Shown: positions 6,252-6,847 of the stretch, piece by piece
Layout: every line of letters begins with the position of its first letter
Position numbering within the stretch: position 1 is the stretch's first letter
IMG/VR virus record: IMGVR_UViG_2563366891_000008
Length of the DNA: 6,847 nucleotides
Direction: 5' to 3' (one strand)
From: a virus
Lineage: Duplodnaviria; Heunggongvirae; Uroviricota; Caudoviricetes
The notes under the pieces: generated by a model
What the model saw: the letters and a program-made list of their open reading frames with translations, nothing else
Databases searched by the model: none
Told to the model about the DNA's origin: nothing
Translations under genes and position numbers: made by a program

Positions 6252-6380
6252 ATGGATTTCGACACAATCATGGAAAAGGCTTACGAAGAATACTTCGAAG
6301 GCCTTGCCGAAGGCGAAGAAGCTCTCAGCTTCAGTGAGTTTAAACAGGCGCTTTCCAGCTCGGCAAAATCTAACGGCTGA
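6252..6380 (+). CDS. Small acidic protein, 42 aa (YdaG-like, tentative), translationally coupled to the upstream ORF
   Basis: ATG 6252, two nt after the upstream stop (6248-6250), SD GGTGAG: MDFDTIMEKAYEEYFEGLAEGEEALSFSEFKQALSSSAKSNG. Below the track length cutoff. The overlapping track ORF 6247..6456 is its K/R-rich alternate frame. Confidence 0.55.
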   Translation: MDFDTIMEKAYEEYFEGLAEGEEALSFSEFKQALSSSAKSNG

Positions 6381-6409
6381 TAAGCGAAGCAGCACCGCGA
6401 GGAATCAGT

Positions 6410-6628
6410 ATGCAGAAACGAGAACCCGTCATAATCGCGCCAGACTATACCGATGATGAACTTTATGAGTGGATGCGCCAGAAAATTAATGCAGCGCAGG
6501 ATCTGAAATGGGCTAATGAAGCCAGGGCTAAGCAGGCTGAAAATCTGTCCGCTCTGGAGCAGGATATCACCAATCTGGAAAAAGCAGCGGCATTAAGCAT
6601 TGCCAGAATGATTACATACCCGCGTTAA
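6410..6628 (+). CDS. Hypothetical small protein, 72 aa, predicted helical; early-left operon
   Basis: ORF with SD GAGGAA upstream; not recognised at family level. Confidence 0.6.
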   Translation: MQKREPVIIAPDYTDDELYEWMRQKINAAQDLKWANEARAKQAENLSALEQDITNLEKAAALSIARMITYPR

Positions 6629-6634
6629 TAGCTA

Positions 6635-6718
6635 ACCAACGAAGCTAAGGTTGGTAATTAAGGAGTTCTCCACGGGTGAGGTGGAGTGCGTGCGCCGGAC
6701 ACGGGTGAGCATCCGGCA
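6635..6718 (+). other. Structured non-coding segment: three hairpins and a 10-bp direct repeat; possible terminator or small RNA
   Basis: Hairpins accaac/gttggt (6635-6655), ctccac/gtggag (6668-6686) and gccgga/tccggc (6694-6718). Direct repeat CACGGGTGAG at 6671-6680 and 6700-6709. No convincing ORF on either strand. Confidence 0.3.
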
Positions 6719-6847
6719 CTGACAGTTTACTGAAAGGATATTTCCCTGAAAAGTCAGACCATAACGCGAAAGCGCACGGCGAGGTAGCTGGTTCATAGAT
6801 AGCCTGTCGTTAAATTTTCGTCGACCGTGCGCTTCCGGTTGTGGCAA

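Larger units (their letters stand above)
1..6847. mobile_element. Partial lambdoid (Rac/Qin-like) prophage early region: immunity switch, replication module, cargo cassette, hok, YdfU-like gene
   Basis: Gene order and orientation: divergent CI-like/Cro-like pair with operators, O-like gene with internal iterons, hok followed by a YdfU-like gene as recalled for Qin. Assignment is by synteny and motif recognition, not by search. Confidence 0.75.

Noticed and set aside
6014-6456. Track ORFs 6040..6267 (-), 6198..6395 (-), 6247..6456 (+) and the 6014 start of the 78-aa ORF
   Set aside because: These overlap the better-supported small plus-strand genes. 6247..6456 is the K/R-rich alternate frame of the acidic 42-aa ORF. 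The 6014 start has a weaker SD than ATG 6095.
6743-6752. Lambda boxB-like nut site (CCCTGAAAAG)
   Set aside because: Resembles the 5' arm and loop of lambda boxB but has no complementary 3' arm, so no hairpin can form.
6632-6847. Track ORF 6632..6847 on the minus strand, running in from the right edge
   Set aside because: Low-complexity R-rich translation and a poor SD for the internal ATG at 6795. The region reads as structured non-coding DNA, though a real gene entering from beyond the window cannot be excluded.

Overview
The window reads as the early/immunity region of a lambdoid (Rac/Qin-like) enterobacterial prophage; nothing was searched against a database, so every call rests on the sequence and on recalled family features. 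Phage rightward-operon genes lie on the minus strand: Cro-like, YdaT/CII-like, an O-like replication initiator with internal iterons, a 138-aa DNA-binding-like protein, a Hok/Gef toxin, and YdfU-like gene(s) at the left edge. On the plus strand are a lambda-CI-type repressor (HTH plus LexA-like autocleavage domain) and three small early-left ORFs behind a pL-like promoter. A recurring GTTTT-N6-AAAAC motif marks putative operators at both promoters. The most interesting element is an AT-rich cassette (about 1690-2830) inserted in opposite orientation where the helicase-loader/nin region would be expected. It encodes a 269-aa protein with an N-terminal HNH-like zinc-finger nuclease motif and an unrecognised C-terminal domain, bracketed by similar 24-bp hairpin sequences. 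I regard it as a candidate undescribed single-gene defence/abortive-infection or moron nuclease; this is inference only.
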